The notes under the pieces were generated by a model that did no database searches, had not been told where the DNA came from, and saw only the letters and a list, made by a program, of their open reading frames with translations. Shown in pieces: positions 62,425 through 64,000 of a stretch of 64,000 bases of DNA (within the stretch, counting starts at the first letter, position 1; the number at the start of each line of letters is the position of its first letter). The position numbers and the translations under genes are program-made. Location of the stretch: the sequence record NC_061441.1; one strand, written 5' to 3'.

Positions 62425-63531
62425 CTATCGGATTTTATAGCCTTTGAAAATGTTGTACGCAACTTCTTTGCGCTGTACAGGACGAGTGGTACACACCCAT
62501 TCCCACTGATCGTTCTTGGCCGTGCGTTTCTTCGGTGCTTCCATTACTTTCAGCACGTAGTTTTTGAAAGGCACAACAAGAATGTCCTCCGGTTCCAGAG
62601 GGCCACAACGTGCAGGCAGAACGACTGTGAGGTTGCCGACAGTCAGTTCCTGATCGTAGTTCAACACGTTGGCCTCTTCGCTGAGGTTACCTTTAACCGC
62701 AGGCACACCTAAATCGAAGATGATTGTGGCGTGTGTGAAAGCCTCAACGCCTTTGACGCGCACAATCACATGCTTACCCCGCCACGGCTCCAGATTAGCA
62801 GCAGTCAGCTCCTGTTCTACACCGTTAACAACCAGTACAGGGCGTGGGAATGCAGGCAGCAACTGTTCATTCAATCGTACCGAATAAGTCGCCTGCGTAA
62901 AGTATTTTGGAATAAGCTGATCGAAATCAACGTGTCCGTCTTTACGTACCTGCCTGAATGTCGCAGGGCTGGTGGATTGATCGAGCGTATACGCCGTCAG
63001 TGTTTTGGCGTGATGGTGCGTCATGACGTTGTAGATAAAGCCTGTGCTGATAAAGCCAGGCACAATGCCCTGACGGAAGCAGATGCCGCAGTTCGCAACG
63101 TTACCTGCGTCCCATCCGTTCGACACTTCCTCGTCGCCGTTGCCCATGAGATCGGCAGCGCCCATTACAGCGTTCATGCCGTCGTCGATATCATCAAGGC
63201 TTACTGTTTGGCGTCCACCACCAAACATACCTTTCGATACTGGTGCGATCTTAACGTTCGCGTCCATTACAGATGATTCGCGGCCAATCGACTTCATGCC
63301 GCCCACCTGTTCGTCGAAGATATCGTTGTCCACTTTGTTGCAGCTACAGGTTAGACCCATCTTCGCTTTCTTGAAGATGACGATATCGGTCGCATCAACC
63401 TGTAACGCCTGTTCAACTTTCGACTGCACAACCTTCTGCACCGAGTCGAGGCGTTGCTGGACGCGTTCGGTTTCGTAGGTCTTATGGCGGTCGTAAGCAG
63501 TTCGCGGTCTTCCGCGTTCAATCCAGCTCAT
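62425..63531 (-). CDS. putative head-closure / neck protein
   Basis: CSC and CGICF..G..PGF Cys motifs; C-terminal beta-barrel-like segment LTVVLP...DILVV...Y.LKV. Confidence 0.4.
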   Translation of the reverse strand: MSWIERGRPRTAYDRHKTYETERVQQRLDSVQKVVQSKVEQALQVDATDIVIFKKAKMGLTCSCNKVDNDIFDEQVGGMKSIGRESSVMDANVKIAPVSKGMFGGGRQTVSLDDIDDGMNAVMGAADLMGNGDEEVSNGWDAGNVANCGICFRQGIVPGFISTGFIYNVMTHHHAKTLTAYTLDQSTSPATFRQVRKDGHVDFDQLIPKYFTQATYSVRLNEQLLPAFPRPVLVVNGVEQELTAANLEPWRGKHVIVRVKGVEAFTHATIIFDLGVPAVKGNLSEEANVLNYDQELTVGNLTVVLPARCGPLEPEDILVVPFKNYVLKVMEAPKKRTAKNDQWEWVCTTRPVQRKEVAYNIFKGYKIR

Positions 63532-63554
63532 AATCGTTCTCCTCTGTGTGGCTT

Positions 63555-63561
63555 AAATTAG
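63555..63561 (-). promoter_or_regulatory. class 2 motif CTAATTT
   Basis: 24 nt upstream of 63531. Confidence 0.55.
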
Positions 63562-63586
63562 TGTACAAAATTTAGGACCTTGCCCC

Positions 63587-63595
63587 TAGTAAATA
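63587..63595 (+). promoter_or_regulatory. class 1 variant TAGTAAATA on the plus strand
   Basis: 35 nt upstream of the only plus-strand gene; motif orientation flips with gene orientation. Confidence 0.45.
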
Positions 63596-63629
63596 CTTAT
63601 TTAGAGTACGTTAAAACACGGAGCCTTTT

Positions 63630-64000
63630 ATGCGTATTCTTTCAGGCGACCCGGGCAAAGTGAACTTCGCGTTGGCTGTTCAGGAATTTAAGGACAAACG
63701 CATTACAGTGCTCGGTACGCGGATGTTTCAACATCCTATCCAGAATCTGCACCACGACATGCGACAGCCCACCAAGGAGTTTTTGGCAGAGCTGGAACTG
63801 ATGTGGAAGCTATACGGACCATTCGATGCTATGTGCTTCGAACGCTTTCAGTCGCGTGGTCTAGGTGGTAACACGATTGAGGCTATCAGTCTCATGCTTG
63901 GTGTTATCTCGTTCTTCGCCCTCAAAAAGAAATGCCCACTCGATTTGATTACGGCTAGCCAGTGGAAGAACGCATTCAACCGCACAATGGACCTCAAAGG
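63630..64000 (+). CDS. ruvC: RuvC-like Holliday junction resolvase (partial, runs off the window)
   Basis: MRILSGDPGKVNFALAV (catalytic Asp strand), MCFERFQ (catalytic Glu), ITASQWK; GGAG RBS. Confidence 0.75.
   Translation, partial: MRILSGDPGKVNFALAVQEFKDKRITVLGTRMFQHPIQNLHHDMRQPTKEFLAELELMWKLYGPFDAMCFERFQSRGLGGNTIEAISLMLGVISFFALKKKCPLDLITASQWKNAFNRTMDLK

Noticed and set aside
260-63478. Many long plus-strand ORFs (e.g. 3940..4854, 9764..10801, 17170..18246, 23918..24964, 28130..29152)
   Set aside because: They lie antisense to well-supported minus-strand genes, lack RBS and motifs, and are the expected shadow of biased codon usage
63630-64000. Idea that the RuvC-like gene is the missing nuclease half of the TnpB-like protein (split TnpB)
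   Set aside because: Its motifs (ILSGDPG, FERF, ITASQWK) and its start at the first catalytic strand fit a Holliday junction resolvase; it is on the opposite strand 4 kb away

Overview
This is a 64 kb segment of a large (jumbo-type) lytic myovirus genome. Almost all genes lie on the minus strand; the strand switches only at about 63.6 kb. The gene content includes a contractile tail sheath, a family A DNA polymerase with an N-terminal UDG-like domain, a beta-clamp-like and gamma/tau-like pair, SbcC/SbcD, a giant SNF2 helicase, Ig-repeat fibres, a GH108 endolysin and a histone-H1-like protein. By inference, not database search, this resembles PaBG / Erwinia Y3 / Dickeya JA11-like enterobacterial jumbo phages. 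Structural and replication modules are interleaved. They are delimited by two recurring upstream motifs (minus-strand CTGTAAATA before replication-type genes, CTAATTT/ATAATTT before virion-type genes) and by intrinsic terminators, many with UUCG loops. Most notable observations: (1) a ~370 nt non-coding, densely base-paired region at 55.07-55.44 kb, bracketed by a virion-class promoter motif and a terminal hairpin (candidate novel ncRNA); (2) a protein whose C-terminal half aligns by eye with the WED/REC half of TnpB but stops before RuvC, fused to an unknown N-terminal domain; (3) an adjacent stand-alone TV-Pol-like family A polymerase; (4) about ten otherwise unrelated proteins sharing an N-terminal S-x-S-[A/K] tag, suggestive of a capsid-targeting/processing signal; (5) paralogous protein families with conserved ends and swapped cores. 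All calls come from reading motifs by eye; no searches or folding programs were run.
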